Shown: positions 25,148 through 34,533 of the stretch, piece after piece
How the letters are laid out: each line of letters begins with the position of its first letter
Numbering within the stretch: the first letter of the stretch is position 1
From: a virus
Virus record (IMG/VR): IMGVR_UViG_3300025949_000019
Span: 1 to 64,000 of that record
Length of the DNA: 64,000 nucleotides
Direction: 5' to 3' (one strand)
The notes under the pieces: generated by a model
Told to the model about the DNA's origin: nothing
The model's input: the letters and a program-made list of their open reading frames with translations, nothing else
The model's database searches: none
Position numbers and translations under genes: made by a program

Positions 25148-26062
25148 ATGTCAGATTTTGCAAAAATGTTAAAGAAAGGCAGCACAGTAGAGAAGTTTAA
25201 GGACGCAATCGAAAAGGAATCCGCAAAGGGTTTCACAAAAGATGAAGACTTCTGGCAACCTACTGTTGATGCAGCCGGAAACGGTTTCGCAGTAATTCGT
25301 TTTCTTCCAACCCCACCACAAGACGGAGATGATGGCCTACCATGGGTCAAGTATTTCTCTCACGGCTTCCAAGGTCCAACAGGACTGTGGTATATCGAAA
25401 ATTCCCTAACAACTCTAGGCAAGGATGATCCAGTTTCCGAATACAATTCGAAACTCTGGGCAACCGGCGTTGATGCAAACAAGGATATCGCTCGCGCGCA
25501 AAAGCGTAAGCTAACCTATGTCAGCAACATTCTAGTTGTTTCCGATCCAAAGAAACCTGAGTGTGAAGGAAAAGTCTTCAAGTACAAATACGGAAAGAAG
25601 ATTTTCGAGAAGATTGATGAATCTATGAATCCAGCCAAGTACGATCAAGCATGGAATCCAGCAACGGATAAGCCTGCAATTGATCCGTTCCATTTCCTAG
25701 AAGGCGCAAACTTCAAGCTGAAGATCAGAAAGTACGAAGGATATAGAAACTATGACAAGTCAGAATTCGATAATCCAACAGCACTTTTTGGTGGAGATGC
25801 AAAGAAGCTAGAAGACCTTTGGAATCAGGAATTTTCATTGAAAGCACTGATCGCTCCAGACAAGTTCAAGGATTATGCAACACTTAAATTGCACCTTGAT
25901 AAAGTCTTGGGAATCGACACTTCGACAGCAAGACCTCTCGGCACACCTGTTGATGATGTAGAAACTCATGCACCAGTCAGAGCATCTACCGCAGAAGGCG
26001 TTGTTCTAGCCGGATCGGACGATGACGATCACTTGTTTGAGAATCTAGCAAGACCGGAGTAA
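25148..26062 (+). CDS. gp32: single-stranded DNA-binding protein, T4 gp32
   Basis: FW.P..D.AGNGFAVIRFLP, HGFQGPTG.WYIENSLTT, YGKKIF, GANFKLKI, YRNYDKSEF, acidic tail; CATAAATA promoter at 25064. Confidence 0.96.
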   Translation: MSDFAKMLKKGSTVEKFKDAIEKESAKGFTKDEDFWQPTVDAAGNGFAVIRFLPTPPQDGDDGLPWVKYFSHGFQGPTGLWYIENSLTTLGKDDPVSEYNSKLWATGVDANKDIARAQKRKLTYVSNILVVSDPKKPECEGKVFKYKYGKKIFEKIDESMNPAKYDQAWNPATDKPAIDPFHFLEGANFKLKIRKYEGYRNYDKSEFDNPTALFGGDAKKLEDLWNQEFSLKALIAPDKFKDYATLKLHLDKVLGIDTSTARPLGTPVDDVETHAPVRASTAEGVVLAGSDDDDHLFENLARPE

Positions 26063-26074
26063 GAAGAAAAGAAG

Positions 26075-26105
26075 AAAGGGAGCGTTAGTTTCGCTCCCTT
26101 TTTTT
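26075..26105. terminator. bidirectional intrinsic terminator
   Basis: AAAGGGAGCG-TTAGTTT-CGCTCCCTTTTTTT between convergent genes. Confidence 0.85.
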
Positions 26106-26117
26106 GGCTTATTGTTA

Positions 26118-28187
26118 TTATCCAAAGAATGTTCTTAGATATGTCTGATCATCATTTCGTGTATCAGGCATCGGTAGGTTCATATTATTGTTTGTATTAA
26201 CACTGTTCACTGAGGTAATAATGGGTGCAGCAGCAGGCGCCCTAGAGTTATTTTTATCATTCATATCCTGCAATTGATTTGCTTGTCCAGAAGCCAATAA
26301 AATCTTTCTTCCACTGTCTTTTTGTTGTGGTGCAACAGGTGCAACCATTGGACCGTTTTGTTTCATGGAAATCAGTTTCATCATTGCATCATTTCCATAG
26401 TTTTCAGCCATTGGTCCAGAGCCGTTGTATCTACTAAAGGCTCCACGAAGATTGCCACCAGATTGTTTCAATTTCAATTTCATAAACAGTGCAGAGGTCA
26501 GTAAGGCTACTCTATAATCACCTCTGATCTGATCTTGCGTTATGTTTGTACCGAAGTTATCATTCACATCCTTCAATGCATCTGGTCTAATTTGAGTGAT
26601 ACCAACCGCAGTTCCACTATCTCCATCCGGTACATTCAATTTACCACTAGACTCTTTTCTGACAATAACAGCAAGGGCTTCTGGTGGAACTCGACCATCG
26701 ATGCTGCCATCGACTCCCTTCATTGCAGAAGCCGCATCCACAGCCGCCCTGATTGCATTTCCCGGAACTTCACCGACTGTCAATGGGTCATTCGATCCAC
26801 TCGCAGCATCTTTTTTTACTGGTTCTGGAGTCGTTGATGTTGGGGCTTTTTGTGGCTGTTGTACGGCTTCTGGTGCCGTAGTCGGCGCTCTTTTAATGAT
26901 GCCTTTCTGGTGATTTGTTGCAACCTGAATAGGTTTATCACCTGGCTCTTGTGGATTGAAGGCTTCCGATACGACTTTGGTTGCAGCATGAACATATCCT
27001 GTATTTGCAGTAGCAGCCTTCATCTTTGCTCTCATGTCCGCATCTTGCTTGTCGTTTTCTTCACTTCTTTTTTTAGCAGCATCAGAGGCGTCAGCAAGAA
27101 CTTGACTACTTTCTTTTCGTTGTGTATCTGCTTTTGCAAGGAAGCTATCACCTAGGCTACCCAAACCAATAGATTTTAGGACATGACCAATAGCTTCTTC
27201 TGCATCTGCAATGATGTTCTTTGTTCCAGCCGTTAGAGTTGCTTTTGTACTTTCAAAGTAGTCTGTGAACAGATTATCTACTCTAAATTTACCGTAGTCA
27301 GAACTCAATTGTGCTACGATATCATCGTTCTTATGCTTTTCTTCAATGATCTGGCCAATCAACTTTGGAATTTTACCTAGTTTGTTTTCCATGAAGTCTT
27401 TTATGAAACCGTTTAGTTTATCACCACCAAGGAATCCTGCAACACCACCAACGATGGTACCAATTATTGCACCTACAGGTCCCTTCAACATACCACCAAT
27501 TGTTCCAAGTGTAGTAGCCTTTGAGATTGCATTTAAAGCGCCACCATTCTTGTTACCAGCTAGCATTCCAATTAAACCACCCATCAATGGGTTTGTTCCC
27601 CATTCTTTTGAATTGCTAACACCTTGGTATGCGTCGTAACCAGTAATTGCCACGGAGGCACCATACTTCAGGAAGTTACCAATTGAGAAAACATCCTTTG
27701 CTGTGTTCATCAATGAGCCAGTTTGTTTTCCTCTTTGTTGCGGCATGATCTTTGGTGTCGTTACTTTCTGCATTGCTTGTTCTTGCTTCAGGCGTACAAT
27801 GTTACTCTGTGCGGAATCCTTAGCCTGCATCTGGTTACTGATGTTAAGACGATTTTCAATTTCCTTTAGACGTTCATCGATTGATATTAGATATTGAGTT
27901 TGGTTGTTTGTCGAATGAGCTAAGACTTGGGTTACCTTCTCGGAGTTGTATGCGGCTGGCGTTTCTCTTTGAACAATAGAAGCCTGAGAACCAACGACTC
28001 GTCTAGCATTTCTTCTAGATTCTGGTTCTGATGCTAATGTGGTGTCTGCAACCTTTCCAAGACCGTACTTCTTCTGGAGGCCACGGTAAAACCCCTCTAA
28101 TGCATCCTTCGGAATCGAAGCAATGCCATGACCTTTGTCGATCTTGGCTGCTACTTCATCTCTGATGTTTACGTCCTTGACTGCCAT
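26118..28187 (-). CDS. tape-measure/baseplate hub protein (gp29 position) with lytic transglycosylase domain
   Basis: Helical, Gly/Ala-rich middle; SLT motifs KESSG, AVGITQI, SRYNG; downstream of gp26/gp51. Confidence 0.7.
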   Translation of the reverse strand: MAVKDVNIRDEVAAKIDKGHGIASIPKDALEGFYRGLQKKYGLGKVADTTLASEPESRRNARRVVGSQASIVQRETPAAYNSEKVTQVLAHSTNNQTQYLISIDERLKEIENRLNISNQMQAKDSAQSNIVRLKQEQAMQKVTTPKIMPQQRGKQTGSLMNTAKDVFSIGNFLKYGASVAITGYDAYQGVSNSKEWGTNPLMGGLIGMLAGNKNGGALNAISKATTLGTIGGMLKGPVGAIIGTIVGGVAGFLGGDKLNGFIKDFMENKLGKIPKLIGQIIEEKHKNDDIVAQLSSDYGKFRVDNLFTDYFESTKATLTAGTKNIIADAEEAIGHVLKSIGLGSLGDSFLAKADTQRKESSQVLADASDAAKKRSEENDKQDADMRAKMKAATANTGYVHAATKVVSEAFNPQEPGDKPIQVATNHQKGIIKRAPTTAPEAVQQPQKAPTSTTPEPVKKDAASGSNDPLTVGEVPGNAIRAAVDAASAMKGVDGSIDGRVPPEALAVIVRKESSGKLNVPDGDSGTAVGITQIRPDALKDVNDNFGTNITQDQIRGDYRVALLTSALFMKLKLKQSGGNLRGAFSRYNGSGPMAENYGNDAMMKLISMKQNGPMVAPVAPQQKDSGRKILLASGQANQLQDMNDKNNSRAPAAAPIITSVNSVNTNNNMNLPMPDTRNDDQTYLRTFFG

Positions 28188-28192
28188 ATCTT

Positions 28193-28396
28193 CTATTTCC
28201 TATTTGCTAGTGCTTGGTTCTTTTGTCGTTCGACTTCTTCTTCAATGTGAGCCATCAATAATTGAACATATACATCTAGCTCCCACGGCATCATTGATTC
28301 AATCTCAGATAGTGAATATTTGTGGTGTTGCATCATCGCAAAGTTTGTGAGATAGTAATTTCGCAAACTGTCATTACAAAAGCTTATCCAAAAAAA
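28193..28396 (-). CDS. gp51: gp51-like baseplate hub assembly segment, probably reached by -1 frameshift from gp26
   Basis: SLRNYYLTNFAMMQHHKYSLSEIESMMPWE..VYV conserved motif begins upstream of any ATG; -1 frame relative to gp26. Confidence 0.75.
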   Translation of the reverse strand, partial: FFWISFCNDSLRNYYLTNFAMMQHHKYSLSEIESMMPWELDVYVQLLMAHIEEEVERQKNQALANRK

Positions 28397-29109
28397 TCTT
28401 GGATTCCCTCCAATGTTATTTCTTCTTGGTAACCACATTTGCCACATTTAAATGATGACTTTCCGACAATCTTTGGTGCTGTGTCGAAGAAAGACATGAT
28501 CTTCTTCAAGTCGCCCTCTGATAGCTTTTCAAACCATTTGATAATATCTTCTTTCTTTTCGTCTTTGGTATAATGAATTCGTTCTGCATCATAGACATAT
28601 TCAACGCATTCTGCTACGATATCAAAGACTTCGGTTTCAGACGGATTATCCTTTGTTAGAATCTGTGCCATTGCATATGTCGGATATCTCATACCAACAC
28701 CGATATTGTCCGACAGCGGAATTTTGTTTGTATGCCCAGGCTTTGTTTCTACCTTCACATCTAACATGTTGAATGCAACCTTGGTTATACCACCACAAGG
28801 CTTCTCATTTACCAGATTCTTACACTCGAATTCCAAATCCTGAACCTCACCAGCAGAGCGAGCCCTTAGATGAATAAACAAATATTCAATGTCAATTATA
28901 GGCATGTTGTCCACATCAATATCATGCGGGCTCACGATGCAATTTTTTATGACCTGTTTGATCTGGTTTATCACATCCTTCGCATCATCAGATTCCTTTA
29001 CTAGCAGAAACAATTTCTTTTCTGCGACAGTGAAAGGGTGATACTTGATTGTCTTGTTGCTTGAAGGTAACTTCAATTCATATATCGGAACTGCTACATT
29101 AGGTAACAT
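28384..29109 (-). CDS. gp26: baseplate hub assembly protein, gp26-like
   Basis: MLP....P.YEL.LPS, PF.V.E.K, DIEYLF..LRARS.GE, C..C, LEGIQDFF. Confidence 0.88.
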   Translation of the reverse strand: MLPNVAVPIYELKLPSSNKTIKYHPFTVAEKKLFLLVKESDDAKDVINQIKQVIKNCIVSPHDIDVDNMPIIDIEYLFIHLRARSAGEVQDLEFECKNLVNEKPCGGITKVAFNMLDVKVETKPGHTNKIPLSDNIGVGMRYPTYAMAQILTKDNPSETEVFDIVAECVEYVYDAERIHYTKDEKKEDIIKWFEKLSEGDLKKIMSFFDTAPKIVGKSSFKCGKCGYQEEITLEGIQDFFG

Positions 29110-29118
29110 AGTGTATTA

Positions 29119-30177
29119 TTAACCTCCTCCTAAAAATTTATTGATAGAATTTGTACCAGATGAAATCAATGCGTTTGAAATTGGGTCCTTCGTCTGGCTC
29201 TTGTTGCCAATAATAGAAACACCAGCCCTTAACAATTGTGACGTTGACATTCCAGCAACAGCCAAGAACTTCCCTCCACCTGGAATAGATGGCAGCATAT
29301 TGAAGAAGAAATCTGTCAGAACAGAATGTGTCTTTGCTCCCGGATCGGATGGAATTGGTGCACTGATATCTGGCTCTGAATATGAAACTGTCTCCCATGA
29401 CCTATATGCAAAGGAAACTGACAATCTCATGTTTTCCTGATCCTGCCAAGAAAGTTGAATCGGCATCATTGCGACTGGCCAGCATTCATGGAAAACAACA
29501 CCGTAGATTGGTTGGTTGTTCATTGCATAGATCGTGATCTGTAAATCAGTCACGAAATTGTCATAGTATTCATACAGGTTGTTTGGGTCTCTCATCAAAT
29601 ACATCCAATAGTCAAAGAAATATTTCTCAACCATGTCTGCTGAAACCATGAATGACAAATTCAAATCCTGATAGATGATCTGATTTGGCATTCGCATGAT
29701 TGGCGCGTATGTCTTCACATCCGATGTTGTGAATGTATAACCTGGCAATTCAGCCATATCAGTTCTCATCATCAGGTGTTGTTGATCCGAGACTGTAGCA
29801 ATGCTCTTATGATCTGAGAGACCACCAGCATCAATCAATTCCTGCATCATTGGTGGTGGAACAAATGAACAATAAAATCGATTGTTCCATGCGACACCGT
29901 AACTCTGGATATCAACTAGGAAATCCTTCATCAACGACTGAGAATTATTCTGTGCGCCAGTTGGTCCACTCTGTCCTAGTAATCCACTGAATTGGTGTGT
30001 CAAACCGCCAACGACTCCATTGATTCCCGATGACAATGCTCCCGCAGCAGCAGAGGGAAGGCCAGAAAGACCACCGAGAGCCGATGACACGGACGATCCA
30101 ATACCATTCTGTATTACGCCAGATGCGGCTGAGACAGCCCCGGAAACTGATGGAACAAACGAGAAAATTGAGGTCAT
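29119..30177 (-). CDS. gp54: tail-tube-fold baseplate protein (gp54-like) with Ser/Gly-rich N-terminus
   Basis: NRF, AELPG, F..W, WP....I.LSW, VSFAYR.W of the gp19/gp54 family. Confidence 0.7.
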   Translation of the reverse strand: MTSIFSFVPSVSGAVSAASGVIQNGIGSSVSSALGGLSGLPSAAAGALSSGINGVVGGLTHQFSGLLGQSGPTGAQNNSQSLMKDFLVDIQSYGVAWNNRFYCSFVPPPMMQELIDAGGLSDHKSIATVSDQQHLMMRTDMAELPGYTFTTSDVKTYAPIMRMPNQIIYQDLNLSFMVSADMVEKYFFDYWMYLMRDPNNLYEYYDNFVTDLQITIYAMNNQPIYGVVFHECWPVAMMPIQLSWQDQENMRLSVSFAYRSWETVSYSEPDISAPIPSDPGAKTHSVLTDFFFNMLPSIPGGGKFLAVAGMSTSQLLRAGVSIIGNKSQTKDPISNALISSGTNSINKFLGGG

Positions 30178-30737
30178 GCTTTACCTTCCCAAATGTCTTC
30201 TGCTTTCGCACCGACGAATTGTTGAACTGGTAGAAAAATGGCAATCTCCCATTCCTTTGGTTCGACCTTAATGAATTGGGATTTTACATGAGAGTATAGG
30301 TATTTCTTGATGCAGGGCTTTACTTCCCTAAACTTAGTCGATTCTCTAATCAAGTCATATGTTATTTGGAATCGACTAGATTCATCCAAGTATTTATTCC
30401 CTGAGACCGCAGCTAGCTTGTCTAATAGGATTGCTCGTTCTTGGTAACCGAGGTAGTGGAGGTTCAGACCTAGAAAGGAATCGGGATAGAAGTCAATTGG
30501 AATTACGAGAGGAAATTTATCCCAATATGGCAATTCATCTTTTAGCTTTGCATCGTATCTGAAGAAGAACATGTTTCCAACCATTGAGACTGGTGTATCT
30601 GGCTCGCCTTTCAACAACGAAGATGGCGTAACCTTGTATTGCTTCAAAACATCGAAGAACCAGGCTCTTGCAGCAACCGATTTCGGTTTCAAGCCCGATT
30701 TGTAATATTCTTTTGTCAGTATGTCAAGTAGTGGCAA
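30174..30737 (-). CDS. gp2: DNA end protector protein
   Basis: YDAK.KD.LPYWDKFPL, FLGLNLHYL, PCIKKYL, AIFLPVQQF. Confidence 0.93.
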   Translation of the reverse strand: MPLLDILTKEYYKSGLKPKSVAARAWFFDVLKQYKVTPSSLLKGEPDTPVSMVGNMFFFRYDAKLKDELPYWDKFPLVIPIDFYPDSFLGLNLHYLGYQERAILLDKLAAVSGNKYLDESSRFQITYDLIRESTKFREVKPCIKKYLYSHVKSQFIKVEPKEWEIAIFLPVQQFVGAKAEDIWEGKA

Positions 30738-30769
30738 AGCATTGTCCTTTAATTCGGCAGTAGTGCGTG

Positions 30770-30777
30770 TATTTATA
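30770..30777 (-). promoter_or_regulatory. T4-type late promoter for gp2
   Basis: TATAAATA on the minus strand ~35 nt upstream of gp2. Confidence 0.75.
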
Positions 30778-30900
30778 CTATTGCCAGTTATTTGGGGTTC
30801 GGTTTACTATATAAATAGAGTGTAGAGTTTCTTCGAGTGACCTTAAAGAACCCTTATCCCCGCCCTACCCCGAGTGCAGAGTTACACATCCAGAAAACAC

Positions 30901-31389
30901 CTACTTCTTCTTGTTGGTTTTACCAGATTCTCCATAGTTAATTCCCATATCAACCTCAGTCACGACTTGAAATTTCCAACCACGATCCTCACAGAATGCA
31001 GTCGCAGCCTGGAACTTAGCATCATTCACACCCCATCTCGCAACCTCACGAATGTAATACCTCATTAGCTTATTTCCTCGCTTTGGGGCATTTTCTTCAT
31101 TTAATGCATTTTCCTTCTCCATTTTAATTTCAATGACCAGTGTCTCTATTTTGCCATCTGGTTTCTGGATTTTGCACCAAATGTCCGGGAAATAGCGATG
31201 AATCTCTCCGTCCAATGGGCTTCTATATGGTATTGAAAACTCCTCGGATGCCCATTCTAGGACATTCGGATTGCTGTCCATTCTTTGCATGAATTCCAAC
31301 TCAAGGCGAGACCGATAGATGATCTTGGTTGGGTCACCTTTCTTGTACTTTTCCGGGTTCTTTGGTTTGAATTTGCCTCTTTGTGCCAT
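30901..31389 (-). CDS. gp4: head completion nuclease
   Basis: GKFKPKNPEKY.GD, YRS..E, WASEE..IPY, HRYFPD, EIK, N.AK..AA. Confidence 0.93.
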   Translation of the reverse strand: MAQRGKFKPKNPEKYKKGDPTKIIYRSRLELEFMQRMDSNPNVLEWASEEFSIPYRSPLDGEIHRYFPDIWCKIQKPDGKIETLVIEIKMEKENALNEENAPKRGNKLMRYYIREVARWGVNDAKFQAATAFCEDRGWKFQVVTEVDMGINYGESGKTNKKK

Positions 31390-31397
31390 ATTCTAGA

Positions 31398-31449
31398 GAT
31401 AAATAGTTTGTAGTTATATGTGTGTGTGTATGTCCTAGTGCTATTTATC
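31398..31449. promoter_or_regulatory. face-to-face late promoters for divergent gp4 and gp48
   Basis: GATAAATA (+, 31398-31405) and GATAAATA (-, 31442-31449). Confidence 0.7.
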
Positions 31450-31469
31450 CACATCAATAAAGAAGAAAA

Positions 31470-32519
31470 ATGCCAACCTCAACCTTCAAGCTAACAAACA
31501 GAACCCCGCTTCCAACAAACGCTGATATCTCAGTCGCTAGCCAAACAGAAGATGGTCTTGAAATTCTTCAATATCCATCAGACTTGCTACGAGACAAAGT
31601 GCCGGTTGTTGGTAATACAATAGATGCGGTCGTGCCATTCATTTCCTTCTATATCATGGTTCCACAGAAAGCCCAAGCAATAAAAGACAATCTAGCACTA
31701 GACGACGACACTTCAAAAAACGTCATTGCACTAAGAGGCTTGCAATATGCTTCTGAGGTCAACAAGGAATTGACTATCAAGGCTGGGGAAGCTTTTTCGA
31801 CTGGCTTGAACGATGGAAAGGACAGACTCAGAATCCAAAGAAAAGTTCAAGTCCTGAAGAAATTGATCTGCCTTCACATGCCGGATACAGTAAACCATGA
31901 CTTGAGTGCAGAATACAGCACACTTTCCATTGGAAAAGATTTGGTTAAGGTTGGTTCTGTTATTGATGCAGTCAAGCATGGAATCAAGATGGACATGGAC
32001 AAGCTAGGCTCTGATATTGTCAATTTTGGCGCTGCATTTGCAGACGAAAGCGGTCTTGCTGGTGTTGCAGGAACATTAGCCAAATATGTCCAAGCCGGTC
32101 AGGGCGTTGCAGTAAACCCGCTTTCTGAGGTGTTCTTTGAGAACATGCAATTCAGGCAATTCAATTTCGATTTTAAGATGCAACCTAGAAATGCAGCAGA
32201 AGCACAAGAAATCCTAGACATAATAAAGACATTCAGAATGTACATGGTTCCAGAGATTTCGTCTGACAACGTTGCTGGCATTTTCTTCACTGTTCCGGGA
32301 TTCTTCCAGATCAAGTATTATATCCAAGACCAGGATGGTGTTCGCGAAAACGACAGGATTCCTAGAATTTCTGGTTGTGCATTGACTGGTGTTCAAACTG
32401 ACTGGGCTCCGGATGGATTGTCACTTCACAAGGATGGAATGCCAAATGCAGTTAGAATTCAATTGAACTTCACTGAGCTAGAAATCATGCACAGAGACAG
32501 AATCAAGGACGGATACTAA
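31470..32519 (+). CDS. gp48: baseplate tail tube cap
   Basis: L.YP.D, I.LHMP, NP..E..F....FRQFNFDF...PRN..EA, L.FTE.E. Confidence 0.85.
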   Translation: MPTSTFKLTNRTPLPTNADISVASQTEDGLEILQYPSDLLRDKVPVVGNTIDAVVPFISFYIMVPQKAQAIKDNLALDDDTSKNVIALRGLQYASEVNKELTIKAGEAFSTGLNDGKDRLRIQRKVQVLKKLICLHMPDTVNHDLSAEYSTLSIGKDLVKVGSVIDAVKHGIKMDMDKLGSDIVNFGAAFADESGLAGVAGTLAKYVQAGQGVAVNPLSEVFFENMQFRQFNFDFKMQPRNAAEAQEILDIIKTFRMYMVPEISSDNVAGIFFTVPGFFQIKYYIQDQDGVRENDRIPRISGCALTGVQTDWAPDGLSLHKDGMPNAVRIQLNFTELEIMHRDRIKDGY

Positions 32520-32527
32520 AAACTATC

Positions 32528-33151
32528 ATGGGTAAATATTTTGACAAAATGCCAAAAGTCTATTACAGCCTGGACGATAATAGACAAAATCCACAGGTTG
32601 TTACTGACGTTACGTTTTCAGTCAGATTGCTAGAACAATATGCAACCGACACCAAATTCTTCTATACGACAATAGTCAAGGATGGTTTGAAACCAGAGGA
32701 TGTTGCTTTTATTGTCTATGGAGATGTTCAGTTGCATTGGGTCATTCTACAATTCAATAAGATCATAAATCCAAGATTCGAATGGCCGTTATCTAGTATC
32801 AATCTAGACAAATACATAATAGACAAATATGGTTCTATTGGCAATGCAGAATCGGGTGTTCATACTTATCTAAAAAAATTAACATATGTTTCGTCTACTT
32901 CGGATACACCATATGTCAGAAACATTGAGATTGGCGCAGCGGAATATGCTAATGTAGCTATTGATCTAGCTGGACAAGACTATTCTTTGTCTAACGGCGA
33001 AACAGTCACAATCCTAACTGACAGAGATACAATATCATTCTATGATTGGGAAGTCTCAGAGAATGAAAAGAAACGAGAAATAAGATTGTTGCAGAATCAG
33101 TATGTCGATGCGATTAGAGTTTCATTCAATAATCTAACAAAGGTGTCATAA
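32528..33151 (+). CDS. gp53: baseplate wedge subunit
   Basis: YF..MP...Y, DG..PE.VA...YGD..LHWVIL.FN.I.NP..EWP, ENE.KR.I. Confidence 0.9.
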   Translation: MGKYFDKMPKVYYSLDDNRQNPQVVTDVTFSVRLLEQYATDTKFFYTTIVKDGLKPEDVAFIVYGDVQLHWVILQFNKIINPRFEWPLSSINLDKYIIDKYGSIGNAESGVHTYLKKLTYVSSTSDTPYVRNIEIGAAEYANVAIDLAGQDYSLSNGETVTILTDRDTISFYDWEVSENEKKREIRLLQNQYVDAIRVSFNNLTKVS

Positions 33152-33155
33152 GATA

Positions 33156-34532
33156 ATGGCAGTAACACAAAAAGTCCTCCAGAGTGCGACTGGTGTTTCT
33201 ATTGATAGATTCGTCGTGATTGCTGGCACAAGAAACAGCATTGGCTTGGAACTACAGATGTTGGAGATGAACATCTTTGAGGATATCTTTTCGCCATCAA
33301 TGTCGGCTACTGTCCTTGTTCAAGATACATTCAACCTAATCGAAAAAATCCCAATTTGTGGTCAAGAGTGGGTCTTCATTAGAATTTCAAAACCTGGATT
33401 TGAAGCAGAAGATGGCAATGATCTTAGCTTTTCCTTCCTGATGCGAATCTATAAGATTGAAAAGGTAAATCACGAATCTCCTCTTAAACAAACCTATTTG
33501 ATGCATTTGATTAAGGAAGACGCCGTTTTCTCCGCTCAAGACAGGGTCAATAAGTCATACAAGACAACAAAGCCTGAAGTTGCAATCAAGGACATATTCA
33601 AGAACAATTTCTTTTATGATGATGAAGATTCGTTCTTGCAATCGTTCGCAACATGGCCTATGAAATCATCAAATTATGCGTTTTCATTTCAAATACCAAA
33701 CTTGAAGCCATTTGAAGCAATTCAGTTTCTATCTTCAATGGCTAGGAATAAGAACAACATAAATGACTATATCTTCTTTGAAAACAATAGAGGTTATGTA
33801 TTCGATAGTCTCTCAGAGATGTTTGTTGCAGACCCAATTCTAACCATCGAATATAGGGTAAAGAACATCGTGACAGATACGGTTGATTCTACTGACCCAT
33901 ATGTTAACTCTCTGTCACCATTGGGTATTCAAAATGATGTTCTGTTTGATTACTTAAAGAGTCTAGACCATGGAGAATTGGGTGTGCAAGCAGACTCTTT
34001 CCAGTTGCATAATCAAACATTCATGTCAAATTCTATTTCATATGATACTTTCTTTAGCAAGTACAAGAAAGATTTTAAGCTAAACAAATTCAGCAAGATA
34101 CCAGACAATGATTGGCGTGAATTGATCACAAGTCAAGATGCAAGCCGTATTCCATACTATAGGGTATTTTCTGTTATTCCGAAGAAGAATGCAGGTCTAT
34201 TTACTGATTTCTCTGAGGAAGCAATCGCAACTAGGGTTATGCAATTCTCGTCAATAACAAATCAGAAGATCAGGCTTCATATGCCAGGAACTCCACTAAT
34301 GAAGGCTGGTGCAACGATTCAACTTCAATATCCTGCAATCGAATCTAAATCTACTTCAGACAATGCAGAGGAATTGTTAGATGATTACCTAGCAGCAAAA
34401 TACTTGATCCTATCTGTGCGTCATGTAATAACACAGAAGGAATGGCATTCCTATGCAGAAATTTCCAAGGACACACTTCCTAAGAAACTACCTATGGAAT
34501 TCGCCTCAAACTTTACACTAGAAGGTCTATAA
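33156..34532 (+). CDS. baseplate hub protein (gp27-like)
   Basis: IFEDIFSP, PI.GQE, PN.KPFEAI, FFEN..GY.F; lies between gp53 and gp5. Confidence 0.7.
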   Translation: MAVTQKVLQSATGVSIDRFVVIAGTRNSIGLELQMLEMNIFEDIFSPSMSATVLVQDTFNLIEKIPICGQEWVFIRISKPGFEAEDGNDLSFSFLMRIYKIEKVNHESPLKQTYLMHLIKEDAVFSAQDRVNKSYKTTKPEVAIKDIFKNNFFYDDEDSFLQSFATWPMKSSNYAFSFQIPNLKPFEAIQFLSSMARNKNNINDYIFFENNRGYVFDSLSEMFVADPILTIEYRVKNIVTDTVDSTDPYVNSLSPLGIQNDVLFDYLKSLDHGELGVQADSFQLHNQTFMSNSISYDTFFSKYKKDFKLNKFSKIPDNDWRELITSQDASRIPYYRVFSVIPKKNAGLFTDFSEEAIATRVMQFSSITNQKIRLHMPGTPLMKAGATIQLQYPAIESKSTSDNAEELLDDYLAAKYLILSVRHVITQKEWHSYAEISKDTLPKKLPMEFASNFTLEGL

Positions 34533-34533
34533 G

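Noticed and set aside
31418-31431. (TG)5 microsatellite, with an (AC)4 run at 569-580
   Set aside because: Too short to exceed chance and no evidence of phase variation.
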